From IMG/VR virus record IMGVR_UViG_3300020045_005021, positions 1 to 57,163 of that record: a DNA stretch of 57,163 nt. One strand, written 5' to 3'. Under the pieces are notes generated by a model, which saw only the letters and a program-made list of their open reading frames with translations, had not been told where the DNA came from and ran no database searches. Position numbers and translations under genes: made by a program. This DNA is from a virus. Taxonomy: Duplodnaviria > Caudoviricetes. Of the stretch, positions 1-11,920 are shown in pieces; within the stretch, counting starts at the first letter, position 1, and every line of letters begins with the position of its first letter.

Positions 1-107
1 TCTGCCTCATTCTTTTTAATTTCGGAAGTATTCTTCTTCCTTCCAAAAATATAACCAATTAAGGTTACTAGTATTAACGCCAATGCGCCTAAAACTGCCT
101 CTATCAT
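1..107 (-). CDS. Partial small membrane protein (holin-like), runs off the window edge
   Basis: ATG at 107; MIEAVLGALALILVTLIGYIFGRKKNTSEIKKNEAE: single N-terminal TM segment followed by a charged region; downstream of tail-fibre gene. Confidence 0.5.
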   Translation of the reverse strand, partial: MIEAVLGALALILVTLIGYIFGRKKNTSEIKKNEA

Positions 108-124
108 TTATTGTAATTTAATAT

Positions 125-694
125 TTAAAATTTTATGTTCATTCCAACCGAGAATCCCTTTTCTTTAAAGTTAGTTATGTAGTTTGCTTGTATTCCAATA
201 TTATGATAATACATTCCACCACCAGTTTCAATATATCCAAAAGAATTATATGTTGCTTGAATAAATGGAGTAAAAGTTCTTTCTATGGTTTTAGTTATCT
301 CTTTTGTTACCGGAGTAAATTCATATCCAATACTATCTATCTTATTGTACTGAACTGCTACGCCAATCTTTAATTTGCCATTTTCTTTATTGTTAAATAA
401 TATTGGATTATAAGTTCTTCTGTAAGTATATTCTGATATTATCTTGGCCGTGTCAACTACAAATACTTCGTGCTTAGAACTATCTTTATAAATTATAATT
501 GGTTTTAGTGGGAGACTAGGCTTTTGTAGAATATTTTCTTTATAAACTAAACTATCTTTTGTGATAGTTTTATATATGGCTTCACCTTTTACAAACTTAG
601 TTTTCTCACTAACACTAATAGTACTTCTTCCAATAAAGAAAGAAGTTACTATTAACGCAGTTGCTATTATTGATATTATAAAATATTTATTCAT
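125..694 (-). CDS. Membrane-anchored hypothetical protein (possible spanin/lysis-associated)
   Basis: 189 aa, N-terminal TM helix, beta-rich C-terminus ending in F; TAA stop; between fibre gene and holin-like gene. Confidence 0.5.
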   Translation of the reverse strand: MNKYFIISIIATALIVTSFFIGRSTISVSEKTKFVKGEAIYKTITKDSLVYKENILQKPSLPLKPIIIYKDSSKHEVFVVDTAKIISEYTYRRTYNPILFNNKENGKLKIGVAVQYNKIDSIGYEFTPVTKEITKTIERTFTPFIQATYNSFGYIETGGGMYYHNIGIQANYITNFKEKGFSVGMNIKF

Positions 695-731
695 ATATTT
701 TAAGTTTTTTCATATTCTATGTTTTTAATAA

Positions 732-3700
732 TTAATATCCTTCAATAACAAACCAACCCGTAAAATTAGTTTGCCCAGATGTTGTAAATGCCGTAGTTGT
801 ACAGTCGTACGCACCTATAGTTCCACCCTGTATTGTCGCCCATATATGCGGTACATATGTGAATGTTGTTGGCAGTGTGTATGTAACACCACCACTTAAT
901 GCATTTGATCTTATTATGACTTTTTTATAGCTACCAGTTTGAAATGGCATTGACCCTACTATTGTTCCACTAGTTGATCCGTTAATGGTTGTTTGGGATT
1001 GGTTTACAATTCCGCTACCTGAATAATTAGGAATATTTATATTACTACCAGTCATTGTTGCTGGTCCGCTTGTACCCGTTGTAGTTAGTGTTATTGGGAG
1101 TTGTACGCCTGTAAGGTTTGAGCCACTTCCATAGAACGAAGGTGCTGTAACCGATGAGCTAAACATCCCGGTACCATTCACGGCTAATTTATATGACTGA
1201 TCTGTTTGGTACCCTATTAGAGTATTTCCATTTATCATTCTAATATATTCTGAATTACCATTAATTAGCGATAATCCATCGCCTCCTGCATTACCTATTG
1301 CCAATATATCTCCCTTATTTCCAGTAAGAGGAGAGCCTATACCATCCCAATATGAAACAATTGGAAGATATAACCCACCAGATAGTCTTTTAGAGTAAAC
1401 TTTATCATCGAAAGTAAAGCTTCCAGATGTATGAAGTTTCGAGTTTGGAGAAGTAATACCTATACCAATGCTACTTCCACTATCATATAATATAGAATTT
1501 GATAATACTCCATTCCATTTTGGAATATAGTTGTTTGATAAGCTTGAAGTAAGATTATTTCCGTTTAACAAAAATCCTGTTGCGTTTACGGTTGAGATAA
1601 AAGTTGCTGCGCCTGTAGTGCCATCATAGTAGTTATTTCAAAATCCGCCATTTACGCCAAAATATAATCTACCGTCAGAAAACGCTTGTATTCTCCATTG
1701 TTTGCCATTAGTAGCTGTATTATTCAACTCTAGTATCGAACTAGTAGTTGAATTTATGGTTGTCGAACCTAGAAAAGATGGCGAATTTGTGGTTGACAAT
1801 CTTTGATTTTCTATTGGCTGAAAATCACCAACAGAACTATTAGCCGCCGTGCCAAATGTTCGACCCTCCAAAACAGTTCCGGTAGTGCTTCCTAAAGGCA
1901 AATTAAACCCTGTGTTTTTGATAATTGCGGGCTCTTTGCTATTAAATGTGTTATAGTCATTAAAAGTCAATGCGCCAGATTGAGTAAGGCTTGCGTTTTG
2001 AAGCGAAATGTTTTGTCCTGAAATAGATAACCCATTTGCTGCCGTAACCGTTGTCGGAGTGTGCAGTAGAGCAAAGTCTTGATACTTCAAATATCCATCG
2101 CTTGTAGTTGTTGCAGCGCCTAATTTCGTTTTGATACTAGTCAATGTTTCATCGCCTGTATTAGTTCCGCTTGTTGCATTAACTACGCCAACTTGTGCGG
2201 ATGTTAAATGTTGGTACAAAGACTCTCCATTTTTATCTCTTAATTGTGAATGTCTTAATGCTAGCGGGGTATTTAAGTATGATGCAGAGCCATCACCAAC
2301 TTTATAGGACAATGTTTTATTAACTGTAGTAGTTGTTGTTGCATAAACCCGACAACCTAATCTGTCTGTAGCGTCAACCGTAAAACTAGGTTGAACTGTT
2401 TCAATGATATTGTTTTGATAATCTGTATTTTCAATCGTATTAGAATATATTGTGAACATGTCGGTTTCAACACCTGTAGATGACCTCCGATATTGAATGA
2501 TTTTAAATTTACTATCGCCAACACTTGAGCTAATAATACTATTTAACGTAAACCTCCATACACCAGCATCTACGGTTGTAACTCCGACTGGTTGTTCAAA
2601 GAGATAGGTATAAATTAACACCTCGTTGTTATTGCACGTAGCCGATGCGACTGTTTCGGTCAAATCAGCCGTTCCGCTTGTTTGTTTATAAGTTCCTACA
2701 ATCGTAGAAGTTATGTTAGTAAAGTATACGTTAGAAGCATAACCTCCACTACCCATAACCATTTCAGCCCATTGTCTATTACCATTAAGCCATTTAGATT
2801 CTGGGTTGATTGGAGTGGCCGGAAGTAGTGGTTCTTTCTCCAAAAGTCCTGGCACTGTTGGTAGATCAGCAGTGCCACTCAAATCTCCAGCAAGTTTAAC
2901 CTTACCTTTTGTCGTAGTTGTAGCATCTGGAGCTCCTGAAACTACTGCATCATCAACATATGCTTTAACTGCATTTTGTGATGGATATAATATGTCACTA
3001 GTTCCAAGAGCTGTGGACGTTGACTTATTTGAAATATTTTCAGCTCCAATATCGCCAGGATGTGTTGGAACTGCAATATTTATTTTTTTTGAATTTATTA
3101 TTAAATCAACACCGTTTCTTTGCACTCCATCAATTACATTTACCTGAGCACCAGATTCAATACTATCTAATTTTGTTTTTAAAGTGTTTGTAAAATCATT
3201 TGTAGACAATCCCCTTCCAGCCTCTTTATCAACTTTCAATGCATCTTGTTGATCTACATATATAGTTGTTGCAAGTCCAGTTGTAGATGGTATTGTTGGT
3301 TTATTTAGTATTTGAGAATCTCCACTAGTTGAATTTCAATCTGAATTTACATTTTTCTCTGCATCGGAAGGAGCATGTGCTGTTTGTGAATGGTCATAAG
3401 AAATTTTACCTCTATCACCTCTATAAGAATCTGCTGATGTTTCACCCAATTGAATAGGAGTTCTTCACCCAGCGTCTTGCTCGGTATAGGATAATTTGGT
3501 AACTACTTGTCCTGGCGCTCCATCAATTGGCAATACGCCATAACCAGGATCACCCTTATCGCCTTTTAATGCATCAATTAATTCAGCACTTCCAGTTACT
3601 GGGGCTGTAGATACATCTAATTCAATCATCATGTTTACTCCATCATTAGTTGTTGGAGTTTGATAATCTGTTGGTAGTCTTTCAAATAATATGCCTGCAA

Positions 3701-3965
3701 TAACAACCTGTCTTACACCATCAGTTCCATCAAGAACTACGATTACATCTCTATAACCTCTCATTGGAAACGTATCTTCGCTAGAAAGATTCATTTTATA
3801 ATATGGAGATTCATAAGTTATTAATGGAATACCAGTATCTAGATTTCCTATTAATACTCCACCAATATAAACCAACATATTAGTATTTAATGGAAATGTC
3901 TGACCAGTCTTTAATTTAAGTCATATAGAGAAGCTATCACCGCATTTTATGCTAATTGTGCGCAT
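732..3965 (-). CDS. Tail fibre / receptor-binding-like structural protein (1077 aa reading TGA as Trp)
   Basis: ORFs 3465-3878, 1638-3239 and 732-1571 share one frame and are separated only by TGA at 3921, 3465, 3336 and 1638; ATG at 3965, TAA at 732; NVNSD[TGA]NSTSGDSQILNKP matches the phage fibre motif SDWN...ILNKP; DATTTTKGKVKLA fibre repeat; Thr/Ser/Gly-rich. Confidence 0.8.
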
Positions 3966-3989
3966 TTTATTTATTTTAAAAATTAGTAT

Positions 3990-4015
3990 TCCAGCAACCA
4001 ATCAAAGTTGCTGGA
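3990..4015 (-). terminator. Hairpin between portal and fibre genes
   Basis: TCCAGCAAC-loop-GTTGCTGGA inverted repeat just after the portal stop; no clear U-tract. Confidence 0.4.
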
Positions 4016-4021
4016 CTTATA

Positions 4022-6412
4022 TTACTTAGTTGATTTAGACTTATTAATCTTTTTGATTTCTAAATCTTTTTCTTTCAATTGATTCTGAATATTGTCTTGA
4101 TTTATTCTATGAATATGTTCTCTATTTTTTAGAGACATTTCTTCATCTAATTTTTTAATTTTTAAATCAAGTTCATCTCTAGAATAATCTTCTGGCAATT
4201 CAGTTTGATTAGACATTTCCGCAATAAGAATTCTAGTTTCATTATCACGTTGATTTAATGTATCTTCAAGTTGGATTTTTTGTTGCTCAACATCTTTACG
4301 ATACTGTATTTCTTGTTGTTGAATTTTAAGATTATCTTGAGCCTCTTTGGATTTACGCTCATTCATATCCTTTTCATCCTTGTCGATAATTCTGTGAACC
4401 TCAGCCATGGATGGTGAAGATAATACTTTCATCATTGCACCAAATGACATCATTTGATTTTGCATAGCTGCATGAGCTAATTGAAGCAGCCCTTCCTCTA
4501 ATCTTTGAGATTCATTGCTATTGTCAAGAACTAATCCATAATCACATTCAGAAAATTCATCCCCATCAATATCTGCAATTTTAGACGCTCCGTCAGACAA
4601 TATATATTGAAACTTTTTAGAACCACCTTTTAGTGCAGCCTTAGAAGTTTCTAAGAAGCATTCAAGTGCCCTCTTCTTTACATCATCATGCTTGGCAAAT
4701 AACCATTCTGTAATGTGACTTGATTGTAAATTAGATCGCTCAACACCGCCCACAGTTTCAGAAGAGGACACCTGTCCTTCTCGTTGCTTAGAAATTCCAG
4801 CAGCTTCAGACATTTCCATCTTTACAAACTCTAAGAGATTAATATGTTGTTGGATATAATTACCTTGCTCCAAATCTAGAACTCCAGAAGATTGTTGCAT
4901 CATACCAGATAATTTACCTGTAGCAGCACCGATATTTCCCTCTTTGAAACTATCAATAACTGCAATGTGCATTGTCTTAGCATAGTGTAACCACTTCTCA
5001 ACCTCCCAGCCTTTTGGAACCATAGCTAAATCAAGCTTAACCATCTTTCCTCAGTTAGCAGCTATAGCCTTATTTAAGCGGTCGTGGAGAGCATTATATA
5101 AGTAATTGTAGGGTTTCATTACATCTACTAAAGAAAATGGCTTAGTATCGTTTATATTATATACTGAACCTACAAATCCAAAGTGACATCTTGATGGATT
5201 AGATAATCTGTTGTATTGGACAACTCTTGGTCGCATGTTTACATAGATTTCTTTACCAATCTTAGTACCTTCCCAAGCTTCGTTAATCCAAAATACTTCT
5301 TCTTCCTGGCCTAGGTCTTTATCACATTTATATGTTTCTGGATAGAAGTCAAACTCTTCATCGCCAGTTTCAGCATTATATGACTTTACTTTTTTAATCT
5401 TACGTTTAGAACGCCAATATGTTCTTACAACACGAATATTACCATTATTGTCAAAGTAGTTTGTTGTAGCAGCAGAACCAGTTGTTTGAGCAAATATCGA
5501 ATAGTTATCTATAACAGAACCATATCCACCTTCGAATCCATTTATTTCATTTACATTAATAAATGCATTTCGCTCATCAATATTGGACATGCTATCACCA
5601 GAATAAACTTGTGGTAAGTTTTCTAGGTATTCACAATCTGCCTCTGTTAAGACATCGTAAAATGTATCTATAATTCTACCTGGACTTCAGAAGTCTATAT
5701 ATGTTAGAATATCAGCATCTTCAATTCTATTAGAGAATCCGCTTTTAAACGTATGGCATTTTAATGGGTTAATTCTTTCAAAAGTAGGTTCTCCTCCAAC
5801 AATGTCACATTGGTAAATCTCTTCACCTACAATCATTGCATCCATGAACCCATCGTTAAACTTATCTTTAATTGCAAGTTCTTTAATGTAATGATTAAGA
5901 ATTAAATTACCACGTTCTTCTCTAGCATCTTGCCATTCGTAAGTGTAGTAATACGACATTTTATCCATTTCAGAATTAAAAGATTCTTCATCTGGATGTT
6001 CTGCTTTGATAGCATCTTGCAAACTGCCCATTAATTGGGTCTTCTTATTTTCCTCAATTTCAGAAACAGCATTGGGGTTTGTTATAATCAAGTGTCAGTC
6101 AAACCTACGTTTACGCTCTTCTCCAGCAAGTAAGTTAAGTTTAGCCTTCATTACTGGATAATGCTGAATATTTTCTGGAACATAACTAGCGTCTACGTTG
6201 TCTGGGTTTAGAATTAATGACATATCATTAAGGTCTAAAATTCCATTAACTAGATTATAGTTTATTCTTTTGCGAATAAATGATTTACGTATGACTGAAT
6301 CTGAGTAATACACACGTCGATCGCTTCAGTCACATATTGATTTTCTTCACTCAGCACTCTTTGCTGAAAAAGACAGTTTTTGCCTTGGGAAGGAACTTAC
6401 TGGATTACTCAT
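4022..6412 (-). CDS. Portal protein, crAss-like (796 aa reading TGA as Trp)
   Basis: Four ORF fragments in one frame joined by TGA at 6347, 6326, 6095, 5687 and 5051; N-terminus MSNPVSSFPRQKLSFSAKSAE[W]RKSICD[W]; motifs RRFD[W], DF[W]SPG, WINEAWEGTKIG, AN[W]GK, GISKQREG typical of crAss-like portals; downstream of terminase. Confidence 0.9.
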
Positions 6413-7397
6413 TATTTTCTATTGTTTTATTATTATAATAATCATCCTTTTTTATAAACTTAAAACGATTATATATTATTTTTTTGTTTTTAATTGCAAT
6501 TCCTATTGTACTGGGATGTATACCATATGTTCTACTTATTTCTCTTATAGAAATAAATTCTCTTATATAATTCCCATTAATATCTAATTCGACAATTTCC
6601 ATACCAATAAGTGCCGCATTCCTTACTCTATCTAATCCTGAATCTGAAAATCAAGATCCATTATTTATGTTTTTTCTAGACATAGTATCTCTATCGGCAT
6701 TATGGATTCTTGAGTTACTTAACTTCTTTCTAGTCTCATCTGATATGTTTTTACTACATTCAGATATTTTCTTTTTTGTTTCATCGGTATGATGCCTACC
6801 GGTTGACGACAAACTTATCTTTAGTTTAGTTTCATCTGATAGTTTTTTGCCGGTATGAAATTCTTTTAATATTTTTTTATGTTCCTCTGTAACGATCCTT
6901 CCAATATTTGATTTTCTAGTAGCATCTTTTACGTGTTGTGGCATTGGTCTTCCTGTATTTGCCTTTCTTGATTTTTCATATGCAATTTCAGGAAGTCTTT
7001 TGCCCTTTAATCTATCAGACATTTTTTTCTTAGTCTCTTCACTTCTATTACTTTGAGCAAATCTCATTTTAATTAAAGTTTCTTCAGTGCATTTTCCTCC
7101 AGTACCACCAAACCTTATATTATAGCCACTGTAAACTGAGTCATATTTTTTAATGCAAAACTTCTCCATTGCATCTAAAGTAATATTCAATCTGGATCTA
7201 TTATCTGAGTTATATTGGAATAATATTTCCAATTTAAAATTTTCAAATCCATATTTAGTAAGAGCCCTATGTAGTTTTCATTGTTGAGTACATTTTAATT
7301 TTGAATAATTTCTCATTCGTATATTTAAATGTATTGTTTGACCAATATAGCATTTACCACTTGGACTTGTAAGTTTATATATATTTCCAATTAACAT
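6405..7397 (-). CDS. Free-standing GIY-YIG homing endonuclease with NUMOD3-like repeats (330 aa, 2 TGA)
   Basis: ATG at 7397, MLIGNIYKLTSPSGKCYIGQT; TGA at 7278 and 6651 in frame with ORFs 6651-7232 and 6405-6602; SEETKKKMS-type repeats; C-terminal HTH. Confidence 0.85.
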
Positions 7398-7420
7398 TTT
7401 TGCAACAATTTATAAATTTA

Positions 7421-7454
7421 TGCAAAGGTACAATTAGTATTTGGATTTACAAAA
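7421..7454 (-). promoter_or_regulatory. Bacteroidota sigma-type promoter (-33 TTTG / -7 TAnnTTTG)
   Basis: Minus strand TTTTGTAAATCCAAATACTAATTGTACCTTTGCA upstream of the GIY-YIG and portal genes. Confidence 0.75.
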
Positions 7455-7455
7455 C

Positions 7456-7491
7456 AAAAAAGTGCCTACTACCAGAAAAGTAATAGGCACT
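7456..7491 (-). terminator. Rho-independent terminator after terL
   Basis: AGTGCCTATTAC-loop-GTAGTAGGCACT followed by a T run on the minus strand. Confidence 0.7.
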
Positions 7492-7504
7492 ATATTTTAA
7501 TTTA

Positions 7505-10500
7505 TTAGAATTTTAATTTATTCCCAGTTGAAATATCTTTGCGATAATTCTTTTCAAAGAATGCATCTTTGCCAAGATATCCAACATCTCTATTTGCTCC
7601 AGCCTCCCTAGGAGATGTGTCACCAAGCAACCTTAGTTTATCTTCTCGGATAAGCATAAGCATAATGATCGCATCATGTCTATCGTAGTTTCCATCTGGA
7701 GTTCACATTGCAGTTTCTTGTAACAATCCTTTAGACCAAATCTTTTGATAGTTAAACACATTAACTACTTCTTCAACTTGCATCCCATCAATTTCTTTTA
7801 TGTTTATTTGTGGTGTTGATCTTAAGAGATAATCCCTATAACATCTTCTACCATATGGGGCTATAGAACCATAGTTTCCTGTGCCTTTACTTTTGTTGCC
7901 GTATTGCCCACCCTTAACCATCTCCTTATCTTTAAGAAATTCTAAAGTGTCTGATAGTAAATATAAGCAGTTATGTTTTGACATATAAGCAAAGAAACCT
8001 TTCTTATTATTCTCGTAGTTGCACTCTGCATTATACATAAGTAACGCTAGTCTAGCATTTTCATAAGCGTCATCGGCAAACATAGGTCTACCAGTATATT
8101 CAAATACAAGTTCATCGGTCCATAAATCATGGATAAATAAACTAAAGAGCGAAAGCGTATCTGAGGAATCGTCATCATCAGTAATGTTATCGTACAAGTT
8201 TTTTATCATGTACTTCTGGGAGTCACCTCCATACCACAGTTCCTCAATGTGGATACTTCCGTTAATTCGGACCAGCTCAGCATATATTATCATCCAAAGA
8301 TTCTTTGGATGGTGGGCACTCGTGGCGGATTATATTCTACTTTCGTAGGTTCTCCACTATGCGTTACAATGTTTAATACTTTTAAATATTAAATTATCTC
8401 GATGTTTTCTAATTACTTAGACTTTCTTCGATTTTGCCCACTTATTCAATTAGTGTTACCACTAAAGGGTGCTAAATCAACACGTCAGCCCCAGCTATAT
8501 ACCTTCCTCATGGAACATTGCCAGAGCTACTTTTAACTGGCATATGCTTTATACATATAGCGCCTTCAATTTTATTATCTTTATGTGGAAACTCCGTTAT
8601 ATATTTTAAATCATTATCAGGTTTGTATTCTACTTCACCACTTTTCGATAAACTTAATCTACCAATCCACATATCATCTGTATATTTTGGATTAAGATTA
8701 ATTTCATTTATTACATCATTAAGTTTGTCTGTCGGATATAATGAACCATCACGCTTCATTATAGCATCTTGGATTGTAAAGGCGGTCTCAGCTTTACGCC
8801 TAGTTAACTGCAATGGATCGGATGAATTATATTTAAGATTAATCCTATATTCAATCTCAGAGATTAAAGCTCCAACAACATCCGATACACCATCTTCATT
8901 ATAGTACCCTTTAGAGTTTACATATCCTGGATAGAAAAATATTGTTCGTTTCTTTCCATTAGCTCCTTTATCTCAAAAGTTTGGCAGAGAATATACATTG
9001 TAACCATCTGGGTATGAGAGCATTTCAAGTGCGCCCTGGAAGTCAGATCCTTCCGAGCCTCCAGTTCCGCAACCAATTGCTTGTCCAAATGCAATATTAC
9101 CTTCTTGAACATTTGGTATGGAAGTTTGCCATATATCTAGAAATTTAGGAAAGCTACCAAACTCTTCAAATAACATAGCCGAACTACGTTTTCCACGAAG
9201 CTTGTCACTATCATCCTTAATAGCAACTCCAAGAACCTCATTGAGAGTTCCCATTTCTAATCCAGTATCCTGATCTAAATATCCAGCCCTTCAATTTAAG
9301 TCAGACATGGATTGCTTTAGTTTCCTAGATGGAAATTGTGTGTGTTTAGCACAGTGAGTAATACCATCAATAAATTTATTCAAAGTACCATCTTTAATTA
9401 AATATTCTTTCTGATAGGCTGCAACAAGAGACTTTACTTTACTTCTAGCTAGCTCATTTTCTCCAAGAATAAAGTTCTTTGTAAGTTTAGATCCAAAGGC
9501 GTACGATTTAGAATTGTGAGTCTGTACAAAATCTCCAATAAGATATGAATGCGATTCGTTATCAACAGTTACACACTTGGATTTCTCTATGTGAGAAAAT
9601 TCTATATTTACAATTCTAGTTTTATCTCTTTTGCTTTTAGAATAACCTTTTGTGTATTCTGATATAGCATTTAATTTTCTTGGAAGTCTAAATATTCCAT
9701 CGTTTGTATATATCCATAAACAGTAACAGTCTTGACATTCAATATAAACTCCATCTTTTTTATACCCAGCTTTTTGTTTTGTGTAATTACAGTTATATCC
9801 AAGACTTCTAGCAATAAATGCAACATCCTTTATAAGCCTTTCTGACACAGAACTATATGTAGGTCTACCATTAGATAAACCTCCATCGGTATCCATTAGT
9901 CCCTTTAGAATATTTAATCTAACTTCTTTTGAATTATATTTGTATTCATCTGGAATAAATTTTCCTTCTGACTTTTGCATAAACAATCCAACAGATTTCA
10001 AATAATCAGAAACTCCATTTATATTTATAGAGTGTCCAAATTTAGTCTTTCCAGTATTGGTTTTATATGGAATATAATCTCTATATATTTCCATATCGTC
10101 TTTATGAGCAGTAAATGCAACTGTATTCACATACTCTGGATGCCGAAATGTTCCATCGCCAATTAATAATCCCATAGTATATGGGTCAATAAAAACATCT
10201 TTACTATCAAAATCTATAGACTTATTAGATGGTATAGAATAAACACACTCAAATCCATTTGGATTTCTTTCAGTAATTTTTCTAGGACGTTTATAATCTG
10301 AGATTATATCTTTTAAAGACTTAGTTTCTATTCTATCATCTTTTCATCCATGTTTATGTACATTCCATAAATGATTTTCAGACGAATAGACTTCTCTTCC
10401 ATCTTTTAATGTTATCTTATAAACATCAATTTCATCATCAAATGGTATATCTATTACAGTTGTAATATTTCCATCATCACCATATAATTTACTTCCAATG

Positions 10501-11150
10501 TTTATACTACCTCATTCTTTAAATCCAGTTGGAGTTAATACATCTTGCGAATATGGATGACTCTTCCCTCTTGAAGCTATTTCGATGCAGTGTTTTGCTC
10601 CCTGAAAGTCATCGTACATTCCACCATATCTAGCCTGATGCCAATAATGAAATCTTCAATAAACACCCTCTCATACTTCTGGAAAATCTATAATACGTTC
10701 ACCAACCTTAGTTCCTTTTTTAATTTTGGTTTGAATAATTGGAAAATAATTCAAATAAAAATACATGTCCCCAGTTATTCATTCACCATCTGATTCACGA
10801 ACTAATCCATTTCAGCATCGCTGCACTTCCCTTTTTAGTCACTGCCCAAACTCAGATTGCGGATTTGGGTTTGGCATAAGCTTTGTGTAACAACCATATT
10901 TCTGAAAGTGAATAGCTGCTTGACGAAAATAATTCATGTCAATCAATAAGTGCGGATCACACAAGTCTATTAAAATTCTACCAGACTTATCTCTTTGCAA
11001 GTCTTTAGCAAACTTTCTTTTTGGAGATATAAGGCGCTGAATAAACTCAACATTATTAATTATATCTAATAAGTCCGTTCTCGCTTCATCCTTTAAACTG
11101 CCAAGTAATTCGTCTGTTAATTGCGTTTGATAAATATTTGTTTCTATCAT
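7505..11150 (-). CDS. terL: Terminase large subunit; exons 11150-8480 and 8178-7505; intein-containing; 11 in-frame TGA (1114 aa precursor, about 764 aa mature)
   Basis: Walker A ASRGK|SKS around the intein, LRGKR...FEEFG Walker B, GTGG, nuclease motif RYIAGADVYDDD after splicing, NYENNKKG, GNYDR; TGA at 10839, 10812, 10779, 10671, 10656, 10512, 10344, 9291, 8973, 8508 and 7703. Confidence 0.92.
8179..8479 (-). mobile_element. ORF-less group I intron in terL nuclease domain
   Basis: P1 GTGTT/AGCAC with a U-G pair defining the 5' splice site after 8480; P3 GTGGGCA/TGCCCAC; P7 GCATA/TATGC; terminal G at 8179; removal restores the frame and gives GAD-V-Y-DDD. Confidence 0.85.
9513..10562 (-). 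mobile_element. Intein (350 aa) with LAGLIDADG homing endonuclease in the terL Walker A motif
   Basis: Starts SHPYSQDVLTPTG, ends VTVDNESHSYLIGDFVQTHN followed by extein Ser; LAGLIDADG blocks MGLLIGDG and LKGLMDTDG. Confidence 0.9.
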
Positions 11151-11152
11151 AT

Positions 11153-11917
11153 CTATTTAAATAATCCATCAAAATATTCCTTGCTAACCCATCTAAAACC
11201 CAAGTGAGAACCCCGACTTCCAGTAAAACATGCAGATATTCTTTTTGGCATTGTATTTATAGAAGTGGCTGCATCTGATAAAGATTTAAATTTTTCTATT
11301 AAATTATAATCCATATCAAGTTTATACACTTCTTTTGCTAGTATGTATTTAAATCCATCTGGCTTTTTTCTTCCGATTAATGCTTTCGATAATTTGTTTT
11401 TATGCTCATCTGATAATTTAATTCCAATTCTAGAAAGTCTTGATTTTTCTACCTGGTCTTTTGGCTTTTTAATTCCTTTTTGTTTCTCTGAAATTATCTT
11501 TTTTACTTCTTCTGATACAACTCTACCAATATTGGCTTTTAATAATGCAGCAGCAGTTTGCGGTAACATTTTCTTACCTTTGTGTGATATTGATAAATTT
11601 TCTTTATGCTTTTCCGATGCAAATCTATTGTTACCACCACTCACCATATTATATCCATTTGGATACATTGTATTTTGAATACGTATCTCAGATTCCTCTA
11701 ATTTATTTAAAATATCAATTACATTATCAGATTCATCTAATTCGTGAATTATTTCTAATTTAAAAGAATCAAAACCATATTTTAATATAGCATTATAAAT
11801 TCCGTATTGAGCTTTGCAATTCGCATTCTTATATTTTATCATTCGTCTTTCAACATTTACGCTCTGACCAATATAACTTTTTCCACTTGGGCTTGTCAAT
11901 TTATATATTCCTATCAT
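11153..11917 (-). CDS. GIY-YIG homing endonuclease with NUMOD repeats
   Basis: MIGIYKLTSPSGKSYIGQS...NGYN; NUMOD3-like SEEVKKIIS and SDEHKNKLS; C-terminal GFRW. Confidence 0.9.
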   Translation of the reverse strand: MIGIYKLTSPSGKSYIGQSVNVERRMIKYKNANCKAQYGIYNAILKYGFDSFKLEIIHELDESDNVIDILNKLEESEIRIQNTMYPNGYNMVSGGNNRFASEKHKENLSISHKGKKMLPQTAAALLKANIGRVVSEEVKKIISEKQKGIKKPKDQVEKSRLSRIGIKLSDEHKNKLSKALIGRKKPDGFKYILAKEVYKLDMDYNLIEKFKSLSDAATSINTMPKRISACFTGSRGSHLGFRWVSKEYFDGLFK

Positions 11918-11920
11918 TAT

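Noticed and set aside
732-3965. Diversity-generating retroelement targeting the fibre gene
   Set aside because: No reverse transcriptase and no template/variable repeat pair seen in the window
8179-8293. N-terminus of track ORF 7703-8293 (MIIYAELVR...)
   Set aside because: It is intron sequence that happens to be open in the exon 2 frame
8179-8483. Group II intron (GTGTTG start resembles GUGYG)
   Set aside because: No domain V recognised; group I P1, P3, P7 and terminal G explain the element and restore the frame
732-11150. Fragmented ORFs interpreted as pseudogenes or a decayed prophage
   Set aside because: Apart from the intron, all breaks are in-frame TGA, many at Trp-expected sites, and a UCA tRNA is encoded nearby
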